Assembly (NCBI RefSeq): GCF_030144855.1
Contig: NC_082722.1
Location: forward strand, 27,342,001-27,406,000
Direction: 5' to 3'
Origin: Hypanus sabinus
Taxonomy: Eukaryota
DNA: 64,000 nucleotides
Each line of letters begins with the position of its first letter. The first letter of the stretch is position 1. Shown here piece by piece: positions 40,901-54,164 of this stretch. The notes beneath the pieces are model-generated. The model was not told the DNA's origin, searched no databases, and worked only from the letters and a program-made list of their open reading frames with translations. A program made the translations under genes and the position numbers.

Positions 40901-41859
40901 TAATGATCACAGTCGAGGGTAAAACAAAGTACAGATGACTTAAGAGTTAAAAATGCACTTTACAAATTTTGGCCAGATTGTACGTAAATCATCAAATAAC
41001 TGTTAATTGAGATTTATTCACTGCTAAAGCGGTTTTTAATCTTTTTGAAAGTACTGATAACTAAGAAAAACATTTCTTTAGAGTTTTAAGATTTTCAAAT
41101 CTTTAAATATTGATTTCGTCTTCGAAGATTTGAGAAGTTTTGAAATTTACCAAAATAAATCAGACGGTTAAAATGTTTTCGATTTGGCAGCCCCAGTTAA
41201 GTCGAAGGTTATTGGACTAATGTTCTCAAGAAACTATTCAAGAAACCCCATGAATTGTGCAGTATCTGCCTATTACCGTGTGAATGACTTTTTCACGTTT
41301 CCCCAGCCATCAGGAGCGTTCTCCTAGTTAAAAAGTACTTACAGCATCTTGCAAAGATTGCACATTCCATTGTACTTATACTGTAAAGTGAAAGATGCTT
41401 GGTACAGTAGGGAGAATCAAAGAATGGAAACAGAATCGCTTCCTTAATTTGCAACCATTCATCGGGTGATCGATCAGAAATCTTATATCTGTTTCGCTCT
41501 CCGCTGACGCTCCATGTTTCCTTTACTTTTGCGCATCGCTTTTTTCTGCTGTTGTCCAGAAGTTACTGTGCTATCTAACCTGATATCATCCCTATGGTCT
41601 TGTGTTACTTCATTCATGTCTTTGAAAACATAGTGAGAAGATTGGGTCCAAGACCGAAGGGACTTCAGCATGCTGTGTGCTCACTCTTCTCTTCTCTCAG
41701 CGGCAGCTATCGAAGCAATTCTCCGTCAGGCACACTGAGTTATCTTTAGCTCCCAGTATTGCCATTTTCAGATAATGTCGAAAATATTCTCAAAGGACTG
41801 ATAGAAGAGCATTCATATCAATAACACAAGAGTCTCTGGAGATAATGAAATCCAGAGCA

Positions 41860-42640
41860 ACACACACAAAATGAACTCAGCAGACCAGGCAGCATCTATG
41901 GAAATGAATCAATAGTCAACGTTTCGCCCCGACTCCTTTCATTCGGACCGGAAAGGAGGGTGGAATATACTAGAATAAATAGACGGTGAGATGGAGGAAA
42001 AATTAGAAGGTGATAGGTGAAGTCAGGTCGAGGGGGCTTTGTGGGGAAGGAGGAAGATCATATGTACGGTTGGGCGTTGGGATGAAGTACGAAGCTGGGA
42101 GGTAAGAAATTGAAAATGCAAAGAGCGTGAGAATAAGGAATCTAATAGGGGAGGGGATTAGACTACGGCAGAAAGGGAAAGAAGTGGGACAGAAGTGGCG
42201 GTTATAGGCAGCAGAGCAGAGAGGATAAGAGGACAGAGCTGAGAGCAGAAGAAAGTTATGGCAGGGAAAATTACTTGAAGGAGAAGCCGATGTTCATGTC
42301 GTCGGGTTGCAAGCTACCTAGACTGAATCCGAGGTGTTGCTCGCCGACCCTGTGAGTAGCCTCATGAAGTCGTAAGAAGAGAACATGAAGCGAAATGTAG
42401 GAACTTGAATAGATAGGAATAGAAATAATTGGCCACTCACAAATTCCGCATTATGGGATGGAGTGGAGTTGCTCTGAAAAGTAGTCCCCAGTTTATGTCG
42501 ACTCCAACCAGTGTAGAGGAAGCAGCATCGGTATCTCTGACTACAGTAGACGACGCTACCCGATTTGCAGGTAGAGTGTTGACCTGCAGTGGAGGTGATG
42601 AACTTATAATTTTCAAGCTGTCTTCGCCTGTCAGGCATTT
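41860..42640 (-). mobile_element. Penelope-like 3' fragment
   Basis: VVYCSQR..CFLYTG and VGEQHLGFSLGSLQPDDMNI motifs, plus tail. Confidence 0.7.
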
Positions 42641-43621
42641 TTCCTACTGTTTCGATTTATATTTTTTGATTCGAAAAAGACTGATGTTTTAACACATTTT
42701 CAAATTAATTTACATAGATATGACAGTGTAGAATCCATCTTGGTTGTGAAATTAATTACATAAATAATATACTTTTTTTTTCATAGAAAGTCCTCTTCTT
42801 TGTTTTACTGCGCGATCTGACGTCAATATCCGACCACATTTCATTATTTTCTGCATTAAATGAAAATAAGCCTAAATCATTTTCCATATAATCGCACATG
42901 ATGTAACCGTTCACGCTTGGAAGGATGTTAACAATTGTTACGGTTATAGATTAAACTTAAAACTCTGTTTTAATTAACATTGTGATGAAGCTTCTCATTT
43001 TTTCTCGTTCCAGAATGCACACGCCGTAGAATCGAAACACCGATATCGCTGAAAAAATGAGAAACATTCAGTTGCGCGGAAGAGTGTTTGAAGTTACTTT
43101 ATATTAAAAAAAAATCCACTGTCTGTAACCTAAACATCAAGCTTAAAAATAAAGCCAACAATCTGCAAATCGATTTTTGAGACACATGTAAATTTTAACC
43201 ACAAAGGCTTCCGTGATGTCATCAGCGTGCCCGTTATGTATTTCTATTCTCTGTCATTTGTCGTTTCCTGTTAACCTGTACGAGGAGTTTGTTGCAGATC
43301 TTTAGCTGAAAGAAAACATTGAATCCTGGAGTGCATCACGGAAGACGGCTCTTCCACCCCTTTCATACATTCTGTACAAAATATTTACGTAGCCGCTCTT
43401 ATACATGCCTGCAGCAGGATACCACTTCCTCTAACAACTTTTTCTATATACCTACCGTCCTCTGTCTGAAAACCATGCCGTGCCCAGCTGTGATTTAAAT
43501 ATTTTCTCTCTCAGTTCACAGCTATGTTTTCTAGATTTGGATCCCCTGTACTGAGAAATGGGCTATGAGCATCTTGTATATTAATGTCCATAAAAATTGT
43601 TTTATTTTCAAATTCCTATAG

Positions 43622-43848
43622 TCATCCCTTCGTCACCTGTACTCCATAGTAAAAAGTCCATGTCTATCCAATCTCTTCGTGCCACTAAAGCCTTCTGTCA
43701 CAGGAAAAGTCCCAGAAAATCTCTTTTGCAATCGTTCGACCTCTACTACGTGCTATCTGTGGACCAGAAGAGCACACGGCACTCCAAGACAGACCAGGCC
43801 GTTGTCTACTCGTACAACGTGGTCTTTCAGCACTTGCCAAAATACTGA
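43622..43848 (+). pseudogene. Degenerate remnant resembling the ITIM-bearing terminal exon of gene B
   Basis: Strong acceptor ttttcaaattcctatag|. TTCY in one frame and AVVYS in another parallel gene B TTAY...RVIYS. Nucleotide match cgttgtctactcg versus cgttatctattcc. Confidence 0.4.
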
Positions 43849-44067
43849 CAAGAGAGCAAATAGGCTAAACCCCTTTCTTATCTGGATCCTGATGTGTCGT
43901 TGTTAAGTGCACACTAAAATCCCTTCCTGCAGCAACACGTCTAAAGTCCCTCCAGTATATCCTGTCACTATTCACGTTACAGAAAATCATAAGCTCAGGA
44001 GATTCTGAAATCCAGAGTACCAAACAAAAATGCTGGAGGAACTCAGTAGGTCAAGCACCATCACTGA

Positions 44068-44129
44068 CAGGGTCTCCCAACCTCTGTTAATGGTGGGGGA
44101 CCATGGCATGAAAAGGTTGGAAACCACTG
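44068..44129. mobile_element. Minimal hAT-type MITE (62 bp)
   Basis: Imperfect TIRs cagggtctcccaacct and aggttggaaaccactg, similar to the 19489 hAT end; no clean 8-bp TSD. Confidence 0.5.
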
Positions 44130-44499
44130 ATATATGGATAGGTATGATACAGACAATGAACGGTTCGATTCGAGACCCTTTTTAAGTCTTTGAAGAGAAT
44201 ATGCCTTTGATTAGCCTGGTTTCCATTCTTAGGGAGAAGAAAACAACATTCCCTGAACTTAATTTTTAACAACAGCACGGACCAACAATTCCTCCAAGAA
44301 GGAAAATTTGCCATGGCTTGTAATAGGATTATGTACGGACTGACCGCTTATTAGCCGACTTCCATTCTGAGCTTATTGGTAGAATTTCTAACAGCGTTGC
44401 AACTTTAAACACTGTCAATGTAAATACGTTGAATCTCTAAAATGATAAGCAGTAATGGATGTGGTACTGTTGTTGTTTAAAAAAACACATGCGTATTAT

Positions 44500-45427
44500 A
44501 TACACCTAACTACTGCACAGAGTCTTGCCATTTTCAGAAGTTTTCTGATGACTCTGCCATATTTGTATGCATCAGCAAGGGAGATGAGGGGGAGTACAGG
44601 GCTATGATGGGAAACTTTGTCACATGGTGTGAGCAGAATCATCTGCAGCTTAATGTGAAAAAGATTAAGGAGCTGTTGGTGGACCTGAGGAGGACTAAGG
44701 GACCAATGACCTCTGTTTCCATCCAAGGGGTTAGTGTGGACATGGTGGACGATTACAAATACCTGGGGATACGAATTGACAATAAACTGGACTGGTCAAA
44801 GAATACAGAGTTTGTCTCGAAGCAGGGTCAGAGACGTCTCTACTTCCTGATGAAACTGAGCTCCTTTAACATCTGTGGGACGATGCTGAGGATGTTTTTC
44901 GAGTCTGTGGTGGCCAATAGTATCATGTTTGTTGTTGTGTACTGGGGCAGCAGGATAAGGGTAGCAGACACCATCAAAATTAACAATCTCATTTGTAAGG
45001 CCAGGGATGTTGTGGGGGTGGAACTGGACTCTCTGACGGTGGTTTCTGAAAAGAGGATGCTTTGCACATGGCATGCCATCTTGGACGATGTCTACCATCC
45101 ACTCCATAATGTACTGGTTAGGCAGCGGAGTACGTTCAGCCAGAAACTCATTCCACCGAGATACAACAATGAGCGTCATAGGAAGTCATTCCTGCCTGTG
45201 GCCATCAAATTTACTAATCCTCCCCCAGAGTGTCAGACACCCGGAGCCAATAGGCTGGTCCTGGACATATTTCCACTTGGAATAATTTACTTAGTATTAT
45301 TTAATTACTTATTTTTTAAAAATATTGCTATATTTCTACACTATTCCTAGTTGGTGCAACTGTAACGAAAATGATTCCCCTCGGGATCAATAAATTATGT
45401 CTGTCTGTCTGTCTGTCTTTCTGTCTG
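44500..45427 (+). mobile_element. 5'-truncated Rex1/Babar LINE
   Basis: QKFSDDSA, WCEQNHLQLNVKKIKELLVD, YKYLG and RLYFL motifs; (gtct)n tail at about 45398-45427. Confidence 0.9.
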
Positions 45428-45442
45428 ACAATTAAGTGCATG

Positions 45443-46056
45443 AGTACAATATACTGTGTATGTTAATCAAAATGGCTTCGTTGTTTTGTTAATAGTAGGA
45501 ATGCTTCTTTGTATGATAAGTGTTTTCTCTTACAGTTGTTTAGCTTTAGACTTGCTCATATCAGGATTCTATTCATTTGTTGACCAATGGGGAATGTTAT
45601 TTTGTCTTGTGGCTCTGGGAGCGGGGTTTTCGCGGTCTTTTCAGTGGAGTCGAGAAGAAGACGCCGAGGAAGGTTGGACGTGCGTTGCACTGCTCGCTCG
45701 ACCACTCGGGTCGTCCCAGGTGCGAGGACGTGGAGGTCGGAGGAAACTGACAAGGGGTCGAATGAGTAGTTGAGCTCCAACAATGTGCACTAAACTGACT
45801 GAACTTTGATAAGTTGGCGCCTTTTACTTTATTTTCTTTACCTTCATATATATTGTATTGCATAGTACTCTTTTAGACTTAGTACAATCTTTAATGTGTA
45901 TTCCGTAACGGTATCTGATGTGAGTTTGATATGTTGTGTGTGCGCGCGGCATAAACTTGATTCTCACAGCACCTGCGTGTACGGGAGGAGGGGTTGGTGA
46001 GTGGCTGGATCTCCTTTTCCCCCAGACGTATACCAGCCTGTTGGGTAAGTGTTACA
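45443..46056 (+). repeat. Gypsy 5' LTR
   Basis: Colinear with 51429-52047; ends gtgttaca. Confidence 0.9.
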
Positions 46057-49000
46057 TTTATGGCAGGCAGCAGTGCGGAAATGGACAGAGATAAGATTGT
46101 TAGCTGGTGCGAGTTGGAAGATGTACCTATGCAGTCTGCCTGTGTAGTGAGCGGAGTGGATTTTCGAGTTTCGGGAGATGGGTTAGTGCGGGGGTTAAGT
46201 TTGGTAAAAGGTATTGGGCAGGTAGAATTGGTAGCTAGAAGGTGTGGTAAAGAGGTGGAGTCTAGCTGGGCGTTGGTTCGTACGAGTGCTGTCGTTTTGA
46301 CGTTGGAACTGCCAGCGACGGTCAGTGTTCCGGGAGACGCAGGGCCGTGGGGGCTCCACACCCTCTACAAGGATGAGGGTGATGAAGCACCGGAGAAGGA
46401 GCTAGAAATACAAGTGGCCCCCAGAGAGGTGCCCGTCACTAGTAAAGGGAGGACGGAGGAGGGAGGCGTGACTAGCCCCGCCCCTCAGGGACGGTGGAGG
46501 CCTCAGATCTGGCAGCCTCACTTAACTTCCTGGTGGGAGTGGCCGAGAGGACACGGTTGAAACTGGGGGTTCTCAGCAGCCAAGCCTACTCCGGACGGGG
46601 AATTGGACTATGAGACCTGGATCGAACATACCTCTTTGATGTTAAGAGGAGTGGCCAGGCTCAGAAAAGGAGAAGAGGCAGCGATTGTTGGGAAGTTTGA
46701 CGGGTTCGGCAGCGAAAACAGTCCGGGAGTTGAAAGGTGAAAAGCCTGGGGCTTCAGTGAAGGAACGCATAGAAGTTTTGGAGGGAGCGTTTGGGTTGTC
46801 AGTCGCACCCTGGCTGCTTTTAGCAGAGTTCCAACTCCTGGAACAACGGAGAGGGGAAACGCTCTCCGAGTACATATTTCTGATGAAGGGAGTGCTTGCG
46901 GCGTTGCGGCGCTGGGGGGTAGTGAAGGCGCCTGACGTGGCTAGCGTGAGGATGGGTCAGATACTCAGTGTTTCCTGGAGGAGGACATGGAGGCGTGGAC
47001 TACCCGGCAGGCTTATAGAAAGGGCCCACATCCATCATTCGGACAACTGATTAGAGTGGTGCGGAAGGAAAAGAGAGCGTTGGAGTGGAAAAGGGTCTCG
47101 GGAGAGCGACCCTCAGAGATACAGGAAATGGTGGCTGGGCAGAGGACTGAAAAGCCCCAGGGGAGTAGGGACCCCTCTGGAGGGGAAGAACAGGGAATGT
47201 ACCCACTCCCGGGTGCGGCCCGTGCAGTAGGTCGTGAGCGGGAAGGGGCGGCGGGCAGCTTGTGCTTTAACTGTGGGAAAGAGGGGGCATTTCAGGCGGA
47301 ACTGTGAGCGGCCGAGTGTGTGCTATAGCTGTGGAGAGGAGGGACACTTTCGGTGGGATTGTGAGAGACAAGTTGTCGGGGAACTTAGGAGTGGCCCAGT
47401 GAGAGAACGGACTGGAGCCAATTGGAGGAACACGTTCCCAGAGATCAGCCAGCGGACCACTTGATGCCCACGCCTTTATTCCGGATGAGCTGCTAGGACC
47501 ACATGTCAGTGTGTGTCTCCGGATAGACGGAGTTTACGCAAAAGCTGTTCTTGATACGGGATCGCAGGTGATCTTATTGTACCGGTCGTTCTAAACCAAT
47601 ATCGAAAGCATTTGCCCGTAACCGCAATTGACGCTCTGCAGTTTAGGGGTGCAGGCGAGGGTGATTACCCGTACGATGGGTACGTATTGGGTGAGATTGG
47701 AGTTCTCGGAGGGTGATGTGGGTGTTTCCAAAGCCATTGAGACGTTGGTGTTGGGGTGGAAACCGGTGTTGCTGCCATCCTGCTGGGGACTAACTGACCC
47801 GTTGTGCGACGGCTCCTGGGAGTTTGTAATGAGAAAGAGGTGGGGAACACTTTCTGGAGACTCTCTCGGTGCATCCAGTGTTTCAAGCGGTATTCGAAGA
47901 AGGGGTTGACCCCGAAGGGCTGGAGACGGAGTGTAAACGAGGGATGGTGTGGTGTACGCAGGCGAGGCCCAAGATCATACGACCAGGGGATGTAGCACTC
48001 GTGATGGGACCCCCGGAGTGCCGACGGGCGAAGCCCTGTTAGTAGACGCCCTGGACGATCTTGAAGGGGAAACACGATTTCCGGCGGGGGCGCTAGTGAG
48101 GCCGAAGTGCAGAGACCAGAGGTGGTACATGCGAGGTGTACAGCCGTAAGTGTTGGGAACACTACGGCAAGAGACATCACGTTTAAAAGAGGAATGCCGC
48201 AGGCACATCTGTTTCCGGTGACGATAATGTCTAGCGCCCCAGTGAGGACCCCTAACGGCGAGGGTTTGGAACATCGAAGGGAGCTGACTGCTGAAGCCTT
48301 TAACTTCGGGGATTCTCCTGTGTCGCCGGAGTGGAAACGCAGGCTGGTGGAGAAGATGCTGAAGATGGAAGCAGTTTTTTTTTTCTCGAGGCGAGTTGGT
48401 TGTGGGCTACTCCAAAATCACTCGCCACACCATCCGTGTGACGGTGGACAAGCCGTTCCGAGAGAGATCCCGGCGGCTGGCCCCGGCAGATGTTGAAGAT
48501 GCGCGGCAGCACTTGTGCAAGTTGAAGGAAGCTGGAATCATAGCTGAGTCCCGAAGTCCCTATGCATCCCCAACAGTGGTGGCACGGAAGAAGAATGGGA
48601 GACAACGCTTGTGCGTTGACTATAGGACTTTGAATCGGCGAACTGACCCTGATCAATATATCGTCCCGAGGGGCGAGGACGCGTTGGCGTGCCTGAGCAG
48701 AGCGAAGTCGTTCAGTGTGCTGGTCTTAAGAACTGCATATTACCAGATCCCGATTACCGCCGATTTGTGAAAGGATACGCTGAAATGTGTGACCCGTTGA
48801 CTCAGCTGTTGTGTAGCTCTCCCCCAGTGGGGAAGAAAAGGAAGAGGGAGCGGAGGCAAGACGCTGGAGGATACTTGAACCCGGTGTAAACTTTCGACTC
48901 GGGATGGGATGATCGATGTCAAGAGGCGTTCCGATCTTTGAAAAGAGCGCTGACCCAGGCCCCAGTGTTGGCTTTTGTTGATCCCCAAAAGCCATATGTG

Positions 49001-51428
49001 CTGCACACCGATGCTAGCCGAGAGGGTCTCGGGGCTGATCTGTACCAGGAACATGGCAAAGCATTGAGACAGGTAGCCTTTTCAGCCGAAGCTTGTCGCC
49101 CTCTGAGAGAAACTATCCCTCTCACAAGTTGTAGTTTCTGGCACTGAAGTGGGCGGTGGTAGAGAAGTTGAGCGATTGCCTGTAAGGAGCGAATTTCGAG
49201 GTGAGAACGTATAACAATCCTCTCACTTATATTCTGACTTCGGCTAAACTGGATGCTACAGGGCATCAGTGGCTGGCGGCCTTGTCGGTATATGATTTCA
49301 GCCTGAAGTACCGCCCAGGAAGCAGGAATGTCGATGCGGATGCGTTGTCACGTCGGAAGCCGGGGGAACGGGAGAAGGACGAGGAGTGGGAGGGTGTCCA
49401 TGGCTCTGGAGTGAAGGTTGTGTGTCAGTTTGCTATCTCCGTGAAGGCCGAAGGAAGAGGAATGCTGTAGCGAGCCGTGGACCATTTGGGGGTTGTTGAC
49501 GACGCCATACCCCTAGCTTACTGTGACCTGACTGCACTGCAGACTAAACAGTTACCGGAATTCTGTCCGGGGGAAGTGGCAGCTGCTCAGCAACAGGATC
49601 CGGGTCTTGGCACTGTGTGGAGAGCAGTAGAGAAGGAGGATGTGGTGTTGGCTGAAAAGGCGAAACACACGTCCGTGCATTTATTATTGAAGGAGTGACC
49701 TCGGTTGAAATTAAAGAACCAAGTCTTGTACCGGGTCACGGCGCCTCCGGACCAATTACGCCTTTGGCAACTGGTCATGCCGGAGAAGTATCGGCAGACT
49801 GTACTCCAGGCCTTGCATGATGGTTGGGGGTGCAACAGACCTATGGATTACTAAAGACCGGTTCTACTGGCCCAGGATGAGGGGGGAAGTCGAAGAATAC
49901 TGTACGAAATGCAGCTGTTGCATCCGGAGGAAGACCATGCCAGCGTCGGTGGCTCCACTGTCGCACTTGCACAGTGCGGGACCCCTGGACCTGGCCTGTA
50001 TGAATTTTCTGTCGATTGAGCCTGACACCAACAACACCGCGAATGTCTTAGTTATCACCGATCATTACACTCGCTCTGCTCAGGCATTTCCCACTAAGGA
50101 TCAAAAGGAGACGACGGTGGCGAAGGTGTTGTGGGAGAAGTATTTTGTTCATTATGGCCTTCCCAGACGGATCCATAGTGACCAGGGGCGGGACTTTGAG
50201 AGCCGGCTTATCCATGAATTACTGACTATCCTTTGTGTTGAGAAATCCAAAACTACCCCTTATCACCCATAGGGTGATTCTCAGCCTGAGCGGTTCAACA
50301 GGACTCTGTTGGATAAGCTCGGGATGCTGGAGATTAGGCAGAAAAATAAGTGGAGTCCTCATATTGGACAATTAGTTCACTGTTACAATTTTTCTTGCAA
50401 TGATGCTATAGGGTCCTCGCCCGAATGTTCCGGCAGGAAGCGAGGTTGCCCATTGACTTGTGTTTTGGTGCTGAAGTTGGTGAATTAACCGGGAGGCCCT
50501 ATCTAAAGTATGTGTCCGATACGAGGAGGGAGTTGCAGGGAGCGAATGAGTTGGCTCAGGCGGAGGCTACCAAACAAAATCAGAGGAATAAGAGGAAACA
50601 TAATCAAAAAGTGAAGTATGCTCAATTATTGCCGGGCGACCGCGTCCTTTTACGGAATTTGGGACTTCCCGGTAAGCAGAAGTTGGCAGATCGATGGGCG
50701 GCCACCGCCTGTGTAATACAAAGCCAGATGCCGAACCTACCAGCTTACCGGGTGTAACCTGCGGATGGGAATGGGCCTGTCAAGGTACTCCATCGGAATT
50801 ACCCGCTGCCCCTGGGCCAAGCGGTGCAGGTGGACACGGAGGCAGAGTGGGAGGTTGCGCCTAGTACAAGGACTCTGCGAGGGCGCAGAACGAGGAAGGA
50901 GGCAGCTGCTGAAGAGTCGGGACGGGTCCTTAACCCGGGAATGGATACCGATTCGGAAGATGACGACTCAGGTGAGTGGCCCCTGTTCCCATTCACTGGC
51001 GCTCCAGTACCAGAAGAGGAGGCTCCTAGCCCTTCCCATATTAAGTTGGACAAGAGGAGGGAAGGTGTTGATGGTCAGATGGAGAGGCAGCCAGCGTTGG
51101 TTGGAGAGAGGGTGGAACCCGAACGTGAGCCAAGGGGCTCGCAGGTGAAGAGGGAGTCCAGTGAGGGAGAGGATGAGTGTCCGAAATGAGTGTCCCCCGC
51201 GGGGTCTGAGACGGTAGGGTAGGCAGAAGATGTACGGAGATTTCAGAGAAGTAGGCGCCCCCTTGAGCGGTTGACATATGTGGTGACAAGAGAACCGAGT
51301 GTGATTTCTACTGCTCTGGGTAGTTATGTCGCTGCTTTCTGCACCTGGGTTGCAATTTGTGTGATGCAAGAAGCATAGGGGAACTCTGGTAATGTCATGA
51401 GGGCATGACATTTGCGGGTGGGGCAGAC

Positions 51429-52047
51429 TGTATAAGATACTGTGTATGTTAATCAAAATGGCTTCTTTGTCTTGTTAAGAGTAGGAATGCTTCTTTGTAT
51501 GATAAGTGCTTTCTCTCGCAGTTGTTTAGATTTAGACTTGCTGATATCGGGATTGTATTCATTTGTTCACCAATGGGGTATGTCATTTTGTAATCTGAGG
51601 CTGGGAGCTTGGGGGTTTCGCGGTTTTGTCAGGTTAGTCCGGAAGAAGACGCCGAAGAAGGTGGACGAGCGCTGCATTGCTCGGTCGACCATCAGGGTTG
51701 CCCCAGGTACGAGGACGTGGAGGTGGGAAGCAAGTGACGAGGGGTCGAATGGTTTGATGGTTGAGCTCCAGCGATGTGCACTAAACTGACTGAACTTTGA
51801 TAATTTTGCGCCTTTTACTTTATTTTCTTTTCCTTCATATGTATTGTATTGCATAGTACTCTTTTAGTTTTAATCCAATCTTTAAAGTGTATTCTATAAC
51901 GGTGTCTGGTATGAATTTGATATTGTGTGTGTGCGCGCGGCATAAACTTGATTCTCACAGCACCTGCGTGTACGGGAGGTGGGGTTGGTGAGTGGCTGGA
52001 TATCCTTTTCCCCTAGACATATACCAGTCTGTTGGGTAAGTGTTTCA
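51429..52047 (+). repeat. Gypsy 3' LTR
   Basis: TG...CA termini; visibly diverged from the 5' LTR. Confidence 0.92.
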
Positions 52048-54164
52048 CAGGGTGTTTCAAAATGATAACAGTAACAAATGCTACGTGAGCGGGAGTGCTT
52101 CAGTTAACACGTGGTGGCGCACCCGCGCGGATGAGAGGGAACAGTGATGCCAAATGTATACAGACAACAGAGATGGGAGGTTGGTTTCCTGATGAACTGA
52201 GCTGTGTCCATAACCGTCTGCATTTTTGCTGTGTTAGTCAACCTCCCGCTGCCAACATTTCGGTAGTACCATTGATTCAAGACTTATCAAAAGCTTTGAA
52301 TCATGGTAAAGTTGAATCTTGCTGTACAAAAGCTCCATGGTGTGTTCATTACAGACGAGGATTATACCTCTCTGGAAAAAATCCTCTTAATTTGGAATCA
52401 TCGGTAGAGATTTGTCTATAGACGGATGTAATACTTTGGTTCTGAAAAAAAATATTCCTCTCATCATCATGCAGAAAGGGTACTCTGAGAATAACCAATG
52501 TTATTTCAATCAGCCATCTGTATGATCCATCCACAAAGTGCAAAATGCAAAGATGGCCACTGAGGACTCATTGCCCTCTCACCTGCATTCAGGCTTGTAA
52601 ATACAGTACAGTATGTTGAGTTAACGCTGCATTCACCTGCATTCAGATTTGTAAATATTTGTAAATATATTATGGTTCCTGTATCTATATTGAGTTACTT
52701 CGTCAATCGTCCCTACCCTACAAGACAATCAAATGCTACCTTCGCAGTCCAGCAGGTCGGAAGAGTTAAAACTTGTCTTATGAGCTAGCAACTTTATTCA
52801 CTCTTACTATATTTAGGTTTCACACTGCGCTGCCATAAAGCTTTAGCAAGTGAATTCATTCCCCGTGTATAACTGTTTTCGGGTAGGTCGGTACACAATT
52901 CAGCGAATGCTTACGAGATGTTAACATCAGTTATTTGTTGTTTCCTACTTATTTGCCAGCGGGTCATGCAGTAATTTGGCTGCACATTTTTTCTCCTTTT
53001 GTATCTGTTAAGTAACACCTAAGATACTAATATGACTAACGGTGAAAAAATAGCATAAATTTCAATATTAATATATATATATATAAAATTATATCATTAT
53101 TATTATAAATTTATTAAAATGTGCAATATTCATTCGTGAATGAGCGCTCCAACATGCAAACATATTGATATATACATTTACTGTAGACACTGCTTCTGAA
53201 ATTTGTTTTTCCATGGAATGCAGTGCATTAAGAAACAATTGCCAGTAAAGGATTTGGCAATGTCGTGCACTCTCGTGCTTTTCTATCATCTTCAGAAAGC
53301 TCCATTCATTTTGTATGCAGAATATTCTACACTGGCAGCAAATAATGCTACAGGGTTGAAACAACGATGAAATGAGCTAACAATGAATAAGTTATGAAGC
53401 ATATTTTATATAATATCTACAGCACTTCACATTTGCCTGCTGAACTGGTCCGCTTTGTTGACTTTGTGATTCAAGAAAGTGACAATCGGTTGTTAGTTAG
53501 TTTTATTCATGGGTAGATGGAAAACGAAAAAGAGAGACAGGAATAGACAGATATTGTTAATGAATAATAAGATATTACATTTGGAACTTTTACTGGTATG
53601 GAGAAGGGAAAGCATTATTTACAAGTGGAAAGGTTGAGGGGATTTGAGATGCAATGTGATCTGGGTGAACGAAACTAATCAATGATTCGCGATGGGAAAT
53701 CTACACCAGCCACCCATCATTCAGACAAATTTTCAAGCAGCAAGCGGGCTGTAGGGGTCACGGGTCGGCGGGAAAACGAGGATGCCAATCAAGCCAATCA
53801 GCCATCAGACCAGAAGATACAAGAGGAGAATCTGGACATTTTGCCGATGGGGTTTGCTCTGCCATTTCTTGCTGAGACCATAAGATATAATAGTAGAGGG
53901 AGTCCATTCGGCCCATCGAATCTGCTAGGCCATTGAATCATGGGCTCATCCAATTATTTTGGTCATGCCCGCTCCTCTGCCTTCTCCCAAAACCTTTCAT
54001 GCCCCGTATAATCAAGAACCTATCTATCTCTGCCTTGAGTACACCCAGTGACTCGGCCTCCAGACATTCGTGGCAATAAATTCCACAGATTTACCACCGT
54101 CTGACTAAAGTGATTTCTCCGCATCTCTGTTCTAAAAGGGCGTCCTTCAATCCTCAAGTCATGC

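Larger units (their letters stand above)
45443..52047 (+). mobile_element. Ty3/Gypsy LTR retrotransposon with PNMA-like gag, disabled
   Basis: Two similar LTRs; gag from 46081; two CCHC knuckles; protease LDTGSQ; RT, RNase H (LHTDASREGLGA) and integrase (FYWPRM, IHSDQGRDFES); purine-rich tract before the 3' LTR; possible TSD catg/cagg. Confidence 0.95.

Noticed and set aside
41483-41620. Minus-strand open frame after an acceptor (DMNEVTQDHRDD...)
   Set aside because: No tyrosine motif, no upstream partner exons, and only a short chance-level similarity to the gene B tail
42780-42900. Possible TM exon of the plus-strand remnant after a strong acceptor (also a similar acceptor context at about 6820, minus strand)
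   Set aside because: No frame gives a clean hydrophobic segment and there is no convincing match to the gene B TM exon
45994-51456. Many 60-190 aa ORFs on both strands as independent genes
   Set aside because: They are fragments of Gypsy gag/pol or their antisense shadows; the same applies to ORFs within the LINEs
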